This document shows, one piece after another, positions 15,600-25,539 of a stretch of DNA of 64,000 nucleotides. The DNA is taken from assembly GCA_965649225.1 (NCBI GenBank), contig CBFGJX010000002.1:64001-128000 (forward strand), written 5' to 3'. This stretch comes from a candidate division WOR-3 bacterium. GTDB taxonomy: Bacteria > Hydrothermota > Tepidihabitantia > Tepidihabitantales > Tepidihabitantaceae. The notes beneath the pieces are model-generated. The model was not told where the DNA came from and searched no databases. It saw only the letters and a program-made list of their open reading frames with translations. The translations under genes were made by a program, and so were the position numbers. Positions within the stretch are counted from its first letter, which is position 1. The number at the start of each line of letters is the position of its first letter.

Positions 15600-18449
15600 A
15601 TGACTACCGTCATACTGCTTGTTTCTCTGCTGACCGGCGTTGACGCCGGACCCGGTGCTGCGAATCTGACCGCGGCAAGGCGTTACTGGGTATTCTTCAC
15701 CGACAAGGCGGTCCGCTCCAGCCAGCAGTATCAGGCAGCCCTGGACGCTGCGGCGCTCCTGGCCAGCCCGGCATCAGTTCAACGCCGCGCTGCCGCCCCG
15801 GTTCGCGGGTTTGACTACGACGACCTGCCGGTCAGCGAGCAATACCTGCGGGCGATCGAGCAACTCGGTGGCAGACTGCACATGGTTTCTCGCTGGCTCA
15901 ATGCCGCGAGTTTCACGCTCTCCCCCACAGCGGCCGATGCCGTCAGCCTGCTGCCCTTTGTTCGCAAAGTGACGCCGGTGGCGAAGCGAACGCTGACCAC
16001 AGACGCCTTTCCGATACAGGCTTTTCCGGTCGACGACCGGCACCGGGCAACGGATACTGCCAAGGACCGCCGGTTTTATGGACCCTCTTATGAGCAAGCC
16101 CGGATGATGGGCGTCCCTGAGGTTGCTGCCCGTGGCTACACCGGTTCGGGCGTTCGACTGGCCATGTTTGATTCCGGCCTGCGGCTTTACAACCGTGCAG
16201 TCGCCCGGATTCGGCTCGGCCCCCAGCGCGATTTCCTCTCCGGCGACAATTACTATCAGGCACAGTCCGTCCGGAGCTGGGCTGCGACGCCGATCGACCA
16301 GCTGCGCTATCTGGGACTGGTCGCCGCTCCGTCGCTGGTCGAGGCCGATACCCTGCTGACCGGAGCCAGACCACTGCTGGCGGTGTTCTGCGCCGATTCA
16401 TTCGCCTACGGCTACAACCCGCCGCGCCGCATGCTTTTTGCCACCCACTCAAGCGACCATGGGACAACCTGGAGCACTGCCCGTCCGATTTACGCCTGTC
16501 GCCCGTACGACCAGACGGTAGAGAACACTGCGCTCGCTGTCCGGCGTGCAGTCAGCTATCTGGCGTTCAACGACCTGACCGAGACCTCAGGCCGGGCAAC
16601 AAGCAACCTTTATCTCGGCTGGTTTGTCGGAACCGACTGGGGCGGCGCGCCGCGCTTTCTCGGCGCCGGCCGCTGGCCCAGTCTCGCCATCGCCGGTGAT
16701 ACGCTGTATATCGCATTCGTCCGGTCCGACTCTGCGCTTGGATTTGCCAAATACCTTGTCTCCGACATCAACCCGGTTTTGCTGACGAATGTAACCGTCA
16801 CGCTTGACCAGCGGGTCAGTCAGCCGCAGGTCGCGGTAGGAAGCGACAATTCGATTGACATCGTCTGCGTTGCCGGCGATGCGCTGCGTTACTACCGCTC
16901 CCGCGATGGCGGTGAGACCTTCAGTCTCGTCAGCGAACCGGTTGCTGCTGCCGCTCACCAGCCGCAGCTTCTCCGTTTCGGTGATACCTGTCTGCTCTTC
17001 TGGCGTAACGAAGCCACTCTTCCCTGCGCCCGACTGTCGCTGCTGCGTTCAACCGACGGCGGCCAGTCATGGTTCGGGCCAGTCAGCATCTCCGACACCC
17101 TGCTGCCGGCCGGCGGGTTCTCGGCGGCACTGTCGCCCGACGGCCTTGACGTCGCCTGGCTTTCGGCCGGACGGCTGTATCGCAGCCGCTCAACCAACTT
17201 GGGTGCAGACTGGCAGCCGCCGGCTCTGCTTGACAGCAGCGGCTTTGCTACCTTGCCCAGACTTGTCAGTACCGAGCAGGGTCCGATGACGACCTGGCTT
17301 CAGCGTGGTGACGCCACTGCGGTCTGGGAACCCGCCGACACGCTGCGCTTCTCGCGGGAACAGCCGCATCATGGCACGCGAATGGCATCAATCATCGCCG
17401 GCTACCAGCCCGGTGGTGTTGTGGGAGTCGCTCCCGGTGTTGAACTGCTCGTCGCCCGCACCGAGCTGTTCAAGGTACGTTCCGGCCGCTACTACGAATA
17501 CAACTTGGAGGAAGATACCTACATCGAGGCACTGGAATGGGCTGAGCGCGTCGGGGCCGACATTGTCTCGACATCGCTGGGCTACCGAAGCTGGTACGAC
17601 GACAGCCAGTTTGACGGCCACACCGCCCCGGTCTCGATTGCCGCTGACCGCGCCGCGCGACGCGGCATGCTCATCGTTACTGCGATGGGCAACCGTGATA
17701 CGACAATCTACCCATGGCCGCGTCCCTACATCGTTGCACCGGGCGATGCCGAGAACGTCGTCACAGCCGGCGGGGTCCAGAAATCACTAGTCCCGTGGCG
17801 CGGCACTGGAACCGGCCCGACTGCCGACGGCCGCATCAAACCTGACCTCGTTGCGCTCTCTGATACAGTCGCGGTAGCTTCACCAGACTCGCTCGACTGG
17901 CTTGACGGCTCGGTTGGAACATCCTGCGCCACCGCACTGATTGCCGGTGCTGCCGCGCTGCTGAAAGAGGCACACCCGAACTGGACTGCTGAGTCCATCA
18001 AAGTTGCCCTCTACTCCACTGCGACGCTCAGCGTCAAGAGCTGCACCTTCGGTTTTGGCGTTCCGCGGATCGATTCGGCTTTCAAACGTTACCCGCCGGC
18101 ACCGGACAACCAGCCGATCACGCGCGACGCAATCGCCACAGTTTTTCCTAACCCATTCATCACCGGCGAGCACGACCGCGTCTGGTTTGGACTCAACATC
18201 CGTCAACCCCAGACCGAGGCAGAAATCGCTGTCTACACCGCCTCAGGTTCACTGGTGCGCGTCATCCCGCTGGACGCCGGCCGACTGCCCCGCCCGGGAA
18301 GATACACCAGCCGGGACGAACTCGAGCCGATCGGCGCCTACTGGGATGGCAAAAACTCTGCCGGCCAGCCTTGTGCCGCCGGCCTGTACATGGCAGTGCT
18401 GCGGACAACATTCGGCAACCACACGACCCGCTTCGCCCTTGTCCGCTGA
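15600..18449 (+). CDS. Secreted S8 (subtilisin-like) serine peptidase with an inserted BNR/Asp-box propeller and a C-terminal FlgD-Ig/T9SS-like domain
   Basis: Signal peptide; YWVFFTDK prodomain; triad MFDSG / HHGT / GTSC; AMGN; IKPDLVA; FPNPF...WDGKN...GLY tail. Confidence 0.9.
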   Translation: MTTVILLVSLLTGVDAGPGAANLTAARRYWVFFTDKAVRSSQQYQAALDAAALLASPASVQRRAAAPVRGFDYDDLPVSEQYLRAIEQLGGRLHMVSRWLNAASFTLSPTAADAVSLLPFVRKVTPVAKRTLTTDAFPIQAFPVDDRHRATDTAKDRRFYGPSYEQARMMGVPEVAARGYTGSGVRLAMFDSGLRLYNRAVARIRLGPQRDFLSGDNYYQAQSVRSWAATPIDQLRYLGLVAAPSLVEADTLLTGARPLLAVFCADSFAYGYNPPRRMLFATHSSDHGTTWSTARPIYACRPYDQTVENTALAVRRAVSYLAFNDLTETSGRATSNLYLGWFVGTDWGGAPRFLGAGRWPSLAIAGDTLYIAFVRSDSALGFAKYLVSDINPVLLTNVTVTLDQRVSQPQVAVGSDNSIDIVCVAGDALRYYRSRDGGETFSLVSEPVAAAAHQPQLLRFGDTCLLFWRNEATLPCARLSLLRSTDGGQSWFGPVSISDTLLPAGGFSAALSPDGLDVAWLSAGRLYRSRSTNLGADWQPPALLDSSGFATLPRLVSTEQGPMTTWLQRGDATAVWEPADTLRFSREQPHHGTRMASIIAGYQPGGVVGVAPGVELLVARTELFKVRSGRYYEYNLEEDTYIEALEWAERVGADIVSTSLGYRSWYDDSQFDGHTAPVSIAADRAARRGMLIVTAMGNRDTTIYPWPRPYIVAPGDAENVVTAGGVQKSLVPWRGTGTGPTADGRIKPDLVALSDTVAVASPDSLDWLDGSVGTSCATALIAGAAALLKEAHPNWTAESIKVALYSTATLSVKSCTFGFGVPRIDSAFKRYPPAPDNQPITRDAIATVFPNPFITGEHDRVWFGLNIRQPQTEAEIAVYTASGSLVRVIPLDAGRLPRPGRYTSRDELEPIGAYWDGKNSAGQPCAAGLYMAVLRTTFGNHTTRFALVR

Positions 18450-18451
18450 GC

Positions 18452-18480
18452 TTGACTGCCAGCCCGGAAAACAGTAAATT
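18452..18480 (+). promoter_or_regulatory. Promoter of tRNA-Asn
   Basis: TTGACT-17-TAAATT. Confidence 0.6.
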
Positions 18481-18494
18481 GACCTGCAAGGCAT

Positions 18495-18567
18495 TCCAGC
18501 GTAGCTCAATTGGTAGAGCATCCGGCTGTTAACCGGAGGGTCACAGGTTCGAGCCCTGTCGCTGGAG
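18495..18567 (+). tRNA. tRNA-Asn(GTT)
   Basis: Acceptor TCCAGCG/CGCTGGA; anticodon arm TCCGG-CTGTTAA-CCGGA. Confidence 0.95.
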
Positions 18568-18967
18568 CTCAACCCGACAACCCATTGCCGGCGACAACGC
18601 GCTGCGGCCAGTCCTGACCGGCGTCACGGCGACAAACGGCAAAAGACCAGACCGGGCCACTGCGACTTGTGACTCTGCAAACCGTCCAATTTCAATCTGT
18701 TGCCCGGCTGTCAGAGAAACGAAAGGTAATATCCGGCGTTGTCTTGAACCGTTCCGGGACCGCTCTCCCGGTGGCCACTGAAACGACCTCGGGCAGTAGC
18801 GTCCGACACGCAGCGGTCGGACCTTCAGAACCTCCAATCCAAACAGAGCCACAAGTTCAGCCGACCCTGACACATCACGCACTGCGCGGCTAACCTGTTC
18901 TGGGGTCCGAAATCTCTGCTGCTTGCAGGTCGAATACCGCAAAAGGAATGCCACCACTGCGGCAGAA

Positions 18968-19041
18968 CGCGCCTGGAGGGATTCGAACCCCCGGCCGTCG
19001 GATTAGAAATCCGATGCTCTGTCCAACTGAGCTACAGGCGC
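18968..19041 (-). tRNA. tRNA-Arg(TCT)
   Basis: Acceptor GCGCCTG/CAGGCGC; anticodon arm TCGGA-TTTCTAA-TCCGA. Confidence 0.95.
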
Positions 19042-19155
19042 AGCATCGGCATGACCGGCCGGCTTCAGAGGAAACTTCGGACCGTCACGCTCCGACAAAC
19101 TGATGCCGGCCAGGACAGCTTTGCTATTTTTCACCCTTGAAATACCCGCTCTCAA

Positions 19156-19230
19156 TCGGGGAGACAGGATTCGAACCTGCGACCCCCACGTCCCAAGCGT
19201 GGTGCGCTAACCGGGCTGCGCTACTCCCCG
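19156..19230 (-). tRNA. tRNA-Pro(TGG)
   Basis: Acceptor CGGGGAG/CTCCCCG; anticodon arm CCACG-CTTGGGA-CGTGG; begins 6 nt after the rdgB stop. Confidence 0.95.
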
Positions 19231-19236
19231 AGCCGG

Positions 19237-19860
19237 TCAGTTTATCTTCTCGGCCGAGTCTGTCAACCGGGCAGTATGCCGGCGCAGGAACGCAGCGAGC
19301 CGCTGAATTGCCTGTGCCCGATGACTGATTCGGGACTTGACCGCGTTGCCAAGCTGGGCGAATGTAAGCGAGTAACCATCCGGGATGAACAGCGGGTCGT
19401 AGCCAAAACCGGCCGAACCCCGGATATGGTGGCTGATTCTGCCAGGACAAACCCCTTCGAAAAAACGTTCAGCCCCGGATGGCTCGACGAGACACACAAC
19501 ACAGCGGAACCTCGCCGTACGCAGCTCATCGGGCACCGCAATCATCCGGGCAAGCAACTGACGGCACCGGTCATGGTCAGTCGCTTCCGGTCCCGCCCAA
19601 CGCGCCGACATTACGCCCGGTTCGCCGCCCAGCGCATCAACTTCAAGCCCGGAATCCTCGCCCAGCGTCCACAGTCCGGTCGCCTGAAAAGCCGCCACTG
19701 CCTTCAGCCGGGCGTTTTCCTCAAAGGTTGCGCCAGTCTCGGCAACCGGTCCGAGAGCAGGATAATCATTCAACGTCACGAGTTGCCAGCCGGTGCCCTC
19801 AAGCAGCGAACGGAGTTCCGCCAGTTTGGCGCGGTTACGCGTAGCCAGCAGCAGTTTCAC
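19237..19860 (-). CDS. rdgB: Non-canonical purine NTP pyrophosphatase (RdgB/HAM1)
   Basis: ATRNRAK, TFEENARLKA, EDSGLEVDAL, GFGYDPLF and SHRAQA. Confidence 0.95.
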   Translation of the reverse strand: MKLLLATRNRAKLAELRSLLEGTGWQLVTLNDYPALGPVAETGATFEENARLKAVAAFQATGLWTLGEDSGLEVDALGGEPGVMSARWAGPEATDHDRCRQLLARMIAVPDELRTARFRCVVCLVEPSGAERFFEGVCPGRISHHIRGSAGFGYDPLFIPDGYSLTFAQLGNAVKSRISHRAQAIQRLAAFLRRHTARLTDSAEKIN

Positions 19861-20936
19861 AGGTAGCTCGCAAAGACCGGGCTTTCGGCCAGCCGCGCCA
19901 CAAGCCGCTTCAGCTGATCAAGACTCTCACGACCGGCAACCAGCACCGCATCGCCGGCACGAACGATTACAAGGTCGCTGACGCCCAGCGTCGCCACCAG
20001 CCCGGAGTCGGTGTCAATGATGCAGTTGGAGCTGTTCATTCCGCAGAAGCGGCCGACAGCGACGTTTCCGGATGAATCGGCCGGCACGTGCCGGGCGACT
20101 GCCAGCCAGGAACCGACGTCGTCCCAGTCGAATGTCGCCCGCACCACCGCAACGTTTTCGGCACGCTCCATCACGGCATAGTCGATCGAGATTGACTCGA
20201 CGTGTTCATAGAGCTGACGGCGTAACTTCGACTCGGACCTCGTCCCAATCGAACGGGCGTAGTTCAACAGTCCATCATGCAATTCCGTTGCATGACGGGC
20301 CATTGCCTCGAGGATGGCGTCGGTCCGCCAGACAAACATTCCGCTATTCCAGAGGTACTCGCCCGAGTCAACATAGCGCCCGGCAGTGACGAAATCCGGT
20401 TTCTCACGGAAGCCGTCAACTGCGAACGCGGCCGGCTCACTCTCGCCGTCACCCGAAATCGGCTGGCCCAGCTTGATGTAACCATAGCCGGTGTCGATGC
20501 GCGCCGGCACAATGCCGAACGTAACCAGTAGCCCCTTTGCCGCCAGTTGCACCGCCCGGCGCAGACAGCGCAGAAACTCGGCCCGGTTGACAATCAGATG
20601 GTCGGCTGGCAGCACGACCATTGTCGAGCCGGGCGCACGCTGTGCCAGATGGGCCGCGGCCAGCCCAATCGCCGGCGCCGTGTTGCGTCCGGACGGTTCA
20701 AGCAGCAGATTACCCGGGGCAGGCGAAACCTGACGCCGCACAACCGAAGCAAATTCTTCGGGCGCGACAAACAGCTGCCGCTCTTTCGGGCAGAGGCGTC
20801 GGACGCGCTCGCTGGTGTCTCGGGTGAGCGACCGACGACCGAAAAGCTCGATGAACTGCTTCGGTCGTGCCCGGCGGCTCTTGGGCCAGAACCGCTCGCC
20901 GCGGCCGCCGCAGAGTATCACTGCATAGACTGCCAC
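19857..20936 (-). CDS. manC: Mannose-1-phosphate guanylyltransferase
   Basis: CGGRGERFWPKSR, PKQF, RNTAPAI, PADH, WNSGMF, SIDYAVME and WDDVGSW. Confidence 0.93.
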   Translation of the reverse strand: MAVYAVILCGGRGERFWPKSRRARPKQFIELFGRRSLTRDTSERVRRLCPKERQLFVAPEEFASVVRRQVSPAPGNLLLEPSGRNTAPAIGLAAAHLAQRAPGSTMVVLPADHLIVNRAEFLRCLRRAVQLAAKGLLVTFGIVPARIDTGYGYIKLGQPISGDGESEPAAFAVDGFREKPDFVTAGRYVDSGEYLWNSGMFVWRTDAILEAMARHATELHDGLLNYARSIGTRSESKLRRQLYEHVESISIDYAVMERAENVAVVRATFDWDDVGSWLAVARHVPADSSGNVAVGRFCGMNSSNCIIDTDSGLVATLGVSDLVIVRAGDAVLVAGRESLDQLKRLVARLAESPVFASYL

Positions 20937-21601
20937 TACTCCCCTCCTTCGGTGAAATCGTTCAGACTGGCTGTAACCGCAAGGCCGCCAAACCGCGTCC
21001 GGATGACGACCGGCAGTCGCCGGGAGTCGTTGGAAACATAAACCAGACCGAGCGGACCATCGTTTGCCGGATAGATTGGTACACAGTTGAATGTACCGGC
21101 GGCGACCCGGATAAATCTGGGGCTGCCGACCGCGGCCCGAATCCGGTAGTTGCGCTGGTCGACGTGAACATTCGTGCTGATGGTATCACCTGCACGCAGC
21201 CGCTGACCGCGTAACCAGTACCAGACCGTAACCAGGTCGCGTGCCTGCGGCAGCACCGGGACACATTTCCCGCTGGAATAACACATCGAGTCACCGGCGG
21301 GATTCAACCGGGCCCAGACCTCGGCCCGGTAGTTGGGTTCACGCGTTCGCTTGTAGGCAAGCACCGTAACCGTGTCTTGCTCGCGCGAACGGCTTTCGAG
21401 CCGGTAGCCGGCGCTGAAAAGCCAGGCCGGTGTCATCGCGATCTTTATGTCGGCACGGTAATGGCGGCAGACACTGCCGGCCAGCAGACTTGGTTCGAGC
21501 TCGGAAAGCTGCAGCTCGCCGATTCGCATCGGGCCATAGCGCAGCTCATAACTGAGTCGCTCACCCGGCGAGCACAGCAGCAATGCCAGCAGCACGAACA
21601 C
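20936..21601 (-). CDS. Exported DUF3108-like protein
   Basis: GERLSYELRYG, VAAGTF and D..RLPV motifs; start GTG 21601 (or TTG 21607). Confidence 0.7.
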   Translation of the reverse strand: MFVLLALLLCSPGERLSYELRYGPMRIGELQLSELEPSLLAGSVCRHYRADIKIAMTPAWLFSAGYRLESRSREQDTVTVLAYKRTREPNYRAEVWARLNPAGDSMCYSSGKCVPVLPQARDLVTVWYWLRGQRLRAGDTISTNVHVDQRNYRIRAAVGSPRFIRVAAGTFNCVPIYPANDGPLGLVYVSNDSRRLPVVIRTRFGGLAVTASLNDFTEGGE

Positions 21602-21607
21602 GGCCAA

Positions 21608-21635
21608 ATCCTAGACGAGGCCACCGGCCAGTCAA
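21608..21635 (-). promoter_or_regulatory. Leaderless-type promoter of DUF3108-manC-rdgB-tRNA operon
   Basis: TTGACT-16-TAGGAT, then 6 nt to GTG. Confidence 0.65.
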
Positions 21636-21674
21636 GCCGGTCGGCCTCACGCCATCGGCCCGCAACGACAACGG

Positions 21675-21702
21675 TTGATTCCGGCCGGGCGTCAGCTAGA
21701 AT
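21675..21702 (+). promoter_or_regulatory. Promoter of rmuC (near-leaderless)
   Basis: TTGATT-16-TAGAAT, then 8 nt to GTG 21711. Confidence 0.6.
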
Positions 21703-21710
21703 TCCCGGCT

Positions 21711-22829
21711 GTGGCAACCACCCTTTTTTTGCTTGCCCTGATTCTGATTCTGACCGCCGCAATCGTCTTTTTGCTGCTCAGAGGCGGCCACCGTCAACCG
21801 GGCGCTGAGACTGACACCCTGCAACTCATGCAGCAGCAGATTGACAGCCTGCGCCGTGATACCGCAGAGGCACTGGCCAATACCAACCGGCTTCTCAGTC
21901 AACAGACTACCGACATCAACTTCCAGCTCAACCAGCGGCTGGGCTCGATCGAGCGCGCCCTAACCGACACGACCGGTCAGGTCGGCCAGCGCCTCGATTC
22001 AGCGGTGCGGGTCATCCGCGACGTTTCCGCCACCATGGGCGAACTGAGCCGTGCCTCGCAGCAGATCCTCGAAGTTGGTCGGAACATCTCCAGTCTTCAG
22101 GACATTCTACGTACGCCCAAGCTGCGCGGTGTTGTCGGTGAAGTGTTCCTCCAGAACCTGCTGGAGCAGGTCGTGCCCGACCACTATCAGACCCAGTACC
22201 GCTTCCTCAACGGCGAGAAGGTTGACGCGGTCATCAGCATCGGCGACCGGTTGGTGCCGATCGATGCCAAGTTTCCGCTCGAGAATTTTCGCCTGCTGCT
22301 TGCCGCCGGGGACGATGCCGAACGACGCAGTCTGCGGCGGCGATTCGCCACCGATGTCAAAAAGCACATTGACGCCATCGCCAGCAAGTACATCCTGCCC
22401 GACGAAGGCACATTCGACTTTGCGATGATGTACATTCCGGCCGAGAACGTCTACTACGAACTCATCAGTGCCGAATCCGAAGAAGCCGAGAACATCAACG
22501 GCTATGCCTTGGCCCGTCGGGTCATACCGGTTTCGCCCGCCTCGTTATACGCCTACCTGCAGGTAATTGTCCTCGGTCTTCGCGGCATGCAGGTCGAACG
22601 CCGTGCCCAGGAAATCACTTCCCATCTCAGTCGGCTCCAGGCTGACCTGAACCGCTTTCGCACAGAGTTCGACCAGCTCGGTACCCACCTCAGTCATGCC
22701 CGTAACAAGTACGAAGAGGCAGCAAAGCGGCTGGTACGTCTGGAAGACAAATTTGCGCTCTCTCCGGCCGATGTCCAGCAAACAGCCGTTCCTGATTCGA
22801 ATGTCAATCCCGGCAGCGGGTCAGGTTGA
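21711..22829 (+). CDS. rmuC: DNA recombination protein RmuC
   Basis: N-terminal TM and coiled coil; PKLRG..GE, IDAKFP, FAMMYIPAENVY and SP motifs. Confidence 0.92.
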   Translation: MATTLFLLALILILTAAIVFLLLRGGHRQPGAETDTLQLMQQQIDSLRRDTAEALANTNRLLSQQTTDINFQLNQRLGSIERALTDTTGQVGQRLDSAVRVIRDVSATMGELSRASQQILEVGRNISSLQDILRTPKLRGVVGEVFLQNLLEQVVPDHYQTQYRFLNGEKVDAVISIGDRLVPIDAKFPLENFRLLLAAGDDAERRSLRRRFATDVKKHIDAIASKYILPDEGTFDFAMMYIPAENVYYELISAESEEAENINGYALARRVIPVSPASLYAYLQVIVLGLRGMQVERRAQEITSHLSRLQADLNRFRTEFDQLGTHLSHARNKYEEAAKRLVRLEDKFALSPADVQQTAVPDSNVNPGSGSG

Positions 22830-22853
22830 CAATGGCCGACATTTGGGTAAAGT
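22826..22853 (+). promoter_or_regulatory. Promoter of the rpsP operon
   Basis: TTGACA-16-TAAAGT; leader contains AAGGAG. Confidence 0.65.
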
Positions 22854-22880
22854 AACCCACTTCAAAAAAGGAGTAGCGTT

Positions 22881-23246
22881 TTGGTAAGAATCCGCTTAAG
22901 GCGAATGGGACTGCGACACCGTCCGACCTACCGAATCGTCGTTATCGACTCGCGCAAGGCACGCGACGGCAAGTATATCGAATCGATCGGCAACTATAAC
23001 CCTCGCAGCAAAGACCTGTGGGTCAACCTGGAGCGGGCTGACTACTGGCTCAGCGTCGGCGCCCAGCCGTCGGGTACAGCCCTGAGTCTCATCCGGCGCC
23101 GCCGCAAAGAAGCTCCGGCTCCGGCAGTTACCCCTGAACCCGTCTCTGCGCCAATCGAGCCAGTATCGCCGTCAGCGCACGACCAGACGCCCGAGGCAAA
23201 TCCCACTGCATCTGCAGACGAAACCAGCAACCCTGAAAAGGAGTAA
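22881..23246 (+). CDS. rpsP: 30S ribosomal protein S16 with a C-terminal extension
   Basis: [23 protein letters not shown] and WLSVGAQPS. Confidence 0.97.
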   Translation: MVRIRLRRMGLRHRPTYRIVVIDSRKARDGKYIESIGNYNPRSKDLWVNLERADYWLSVGAQPSGTALSLIRRRRKEAPAPAVTPEPVSAPIEPVSPSAHDQTPEANPTASADETSNPEKE

Positions 23247-23249
23247 ACG

Positions 23250-23480
23250 ATGAAACAGCTCATCGAGTACATCGCCAAAGCTCTAGTTGATCATCCCGAG
23301 CAGGTAGTCGTACACGAAATCGCCGGCGAAAAGACCTTGATTTACGAGCTGCGCGTCGGCACCGGTGACCTGGGCAAGGTGATCGGCAAAGAAGGCCGCA
23401 CCGCCAAGGCAATCAGAATGATCCTGGCCGCGGCCGCGATGAAGGTCGGCAAGCGCGCTCAGCTCGAAATACTAGAATAG
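23250..23480 (+). CDS. khpA: KH-domain RNA-binding protein KhpA
   Basis: LVDHPEQV and [24 protein letters not shown]. Confidence 0.95.
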   Translation: MKQLIEYIAKALVDHPEQVVVHEIAGEKTLIYELRVGTGDLGKVIGKEGRTAKAIRMILAAAAMKVGKRAQLEILE

Positions 23481-23504
23481 CTCTGACCGTAACATTTCAT
23501 CCGG

Positions 23505-24251
23505 ATGCGGTTCGATGTCGTAACGCTGTTCCCGGAGTTTTTTACCGGTTCGTTGTCCTGCGGACCCACCCGGGCAGCGATGAGTCTCGGGCGATTGGAA
23601 GTCCGGTTCGTGAACCCGCGGGACTTCACCAGCGACACGCACCGCACTGTTGACGACTATCCATTCGGCGGCGGGCCCGGAATGGTCCTGAAGCCCGGGC
23701 CGGTGGTCGCCGCAATCAGCAGCGTCCGTCAACCCGGCAGCAGGGTTGTGCTGCTGACGCCCCGGGGAAGGCAGTTCAACCAGGCAGTCGCCCGCGAGTA
23801 CTCCCGGTTGGAGCAGGTCGTACTCGTCTGCGGTCGCTACAAGGGGATCGACGAACGCGTCAGCTCTCGCTGTGACGACGAACTGTCGCTGGGCGATTTT
23901 GTGCTGGCCGGCGGCGAAGCGGCTGCAATCGCCGTGATCGAGGCAGTGGCCCGGCTGCTGCCGGGGGCGGTGGGCGATGAGGATTCGGTCAATTCGGATT
24001 CCTTTTCCGATGACGACCTGCTCGACGCTCCCTGGTACACGCGCCCGCGCGTTTTCGACGGACAGGCGGTTCCTGCCATCCTGCTGGACGGTGACCATGC
24101 CGAAATTGCCGCCTGGCGCCGTCAGCAGTCATTACTAATCACCCGCCGGCGCCGTCCCGAGCTCCTCCGTCGACAGGTTCTGTCCAAACTGGAACGGGAT
24201 ATCCTCTGCGCCGATTTCGAAAAGGAGTCAGCCAATGGCCAAGAAAACTGA
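23505..24251 (+). CDS. trmD: tRNA (guanine37-N1)-methyltransferase
   Basis: [39 protein letters not shown] and YTRP. Confidence 0.97.
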   Translation: MRFDVVTLFPEFFTGSLSCGPTRAAMSLGRLEVRFVNPRDFTSDTHRTVDDYPFGGGPGMVLKPGPVVAAISSVRQPGSRVVLLTPRGRQFNQAVAREYSRLEQVVLVCGRYKGIDERVSSRCDDELSLGDFVLAGGEAAAIAVIEAVARLLPGAVGDEDSVNSDSFSDDDLLDAPWYTRPRVFDGQAVPAILLDGDHAEIAAWRRQQSLLITRRRRPELLRRQVLSKLERDILCADFEKESANGQEN

Positions 24252-24627
24252 AACTGGAACCGGGCAACCGGCCGCTCGACGTGTCCCGGCCGAGATTCCG
24301 GAACTGCAACCCGGTGATGTCGTCAATGTCCACGTGCGTATCGTCGAGGGCGACAAGGAACGCATCCAGCAGTTCGAGGGTACCGTGATCGCCATTCGCG
24401 GCGCCGGCGCCAACAAGAGCTTCACGGTCCGCAAGGTTAGCCGCGGCTACGGTATCGAGCGTATCTTTCCGTTCGCAACACCGGCGATCGCCAAGGTCGA
24501 GGTCAAACGGCATTCACGCGTCCGTCGGGCCAAGCTCTACTACCTGCGCCGGCTTGCCGGCCGCGAGGCCGTACTCAAAGAACGCAAGCTTGCAGAACAA
24601 CCTCGACGAAACGCTATGGCCGAATAG
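24235..24627 (+). CDS. rplS: 50S ribosomal protein L19
   Basis: [22 protein letters not shown] and [10 protein letters not shown]. Confidence 0.97.
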   Translation: MAKKTETGTGQPAARRVPAEIPELQPGDVVNVHVRIVEGDKERIQQFEGTVIAIRGAGANKSFTVRKVSRGYGIERIFPFATPAIAKVEVKRHSRVRRAKLYYLRRLAGREAVLKERKLAEQPRRNAMAE

Positions 24628-25195
24628 CCGACTGGTCTGCGGCCTCGACGAGGCCGGCCGGGGCGCTTTGGCGGGTCCGGTAATTGTCGGAGCCGTCGTG
24701 CTGCCGCAGTGGTCACGCATCGAGGGCGTTGACGATTCCAAGAAGCTTTCGCCGCCGGTACGCACCAGGCTTTTTCGCCAGATCAGCCAGCAGGCCATCG
24801 CCGTGGCCTTCGGAGCCGCCGGCCACCTGACAATCGACCGCATCAACATCCGCAACGCAACACTCCTCGCCATGCGCCGCGCGGTTCAGCGGCTCGGCGT
24901 CACGCCGGACCTGGTAATCGTGGATGGTCCGGCGGTACCCGAACTCAACCCGCCCAGCATTGGGTTTGTCCGTGGCGACCAGCTCAGCCTGACGATCGCC
25001 AGCGCCTCGATAATTGCCAAGGTCGTTCGAGATCGACTGATGGAGCGCCTCGACCGCCGCTTTCCCGGTTACGGCTTTGCCCGTCACAAAGGCTACGCCA
25101 CGCCAGAGCATCTCGATGCTCTGGCCCGCCTGGGACCCTGCCCATTTCACCGTCAGACTTTTCGCCCCTGTATCGTGACGGCCGGTGCCAGATGA
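24590..25195 (+). CDS. rnhB: Ribonuclease HII
   Basis: [29 protein letters not shown] and HKGY; start uncertain (TTG 24590 overlaps rplS). Confidence 0.95.
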   Translation: MQNNLDETLWPNSRLVCGLDEAGRGALAGPVIVGAVVLPQWSRIEGVDDSKKLSPPVRTRLFRQISQQAIAVAFGAAGHLTIDRINIRNATLLAMRRAVQRLGVTPDLVIVDGPAVPELNPPSIGFVRGDQLSLTIASASIIAKVVRDRLMERLDRRFPGYGFARHKGYATPEHLDALARLGPCPFHRQTFRPCIVTAGAR

Positions 25196-25539
25196 ACAAC
25201 CGCGATGCGGGCCGTCTCGGCGAGATGCTGGCAGTGAACTTTCTGCTCCGTCGGGGGTTGCGAATCGTCGAACGTAACTGGCGTTCGCACGCCGGTGAAA
25301 TTGACATAATCTGCGATGACCACGGCACGCTGGTCTTTGTCGAGGTCAAAACGCGCGCCGACGACAGCTTCGGCCCGCCCTGTGCCGCGGTCACTGCAGC
25401 CAAGCAGCAACGATTGCGCCGACTCGCTGAAGAGTACCTGAGCCGGAAAGGAATCACTGAAACCGCGGTGCGTTTTGACGTCGTCGGCGTCAAACTTGAA
25501 CGAGTCATCAGCCTCGACTACATCAAAGGGGCTTTTTGA
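25192..25539 (+). CDS. yraN: YraN family (UPF0102) nuclease
   Basis: GRLGE, GEIDII, VFVEVKTR and RFDVV. Confidence 0.93.
   Translation: MNNRDAGRLGEMLAVNFLLRRGLRIVERNWRSHAGEIDIICDDHGTLVFVEVKTRADDSFGPPCAAVTAAKQQRLRRLAEEYLSRKGITETAVRFDVVGVKLERVISLDYIKGAF

Noticed and set aside
18568..18967. tmRNA or RNase P RNA in the spacer
   Set aside because: A GGTATTCGAC resemblance exists on the minus strand, but there is no tRNA-like 5'/3' pair and no GAGGAAAGUCC
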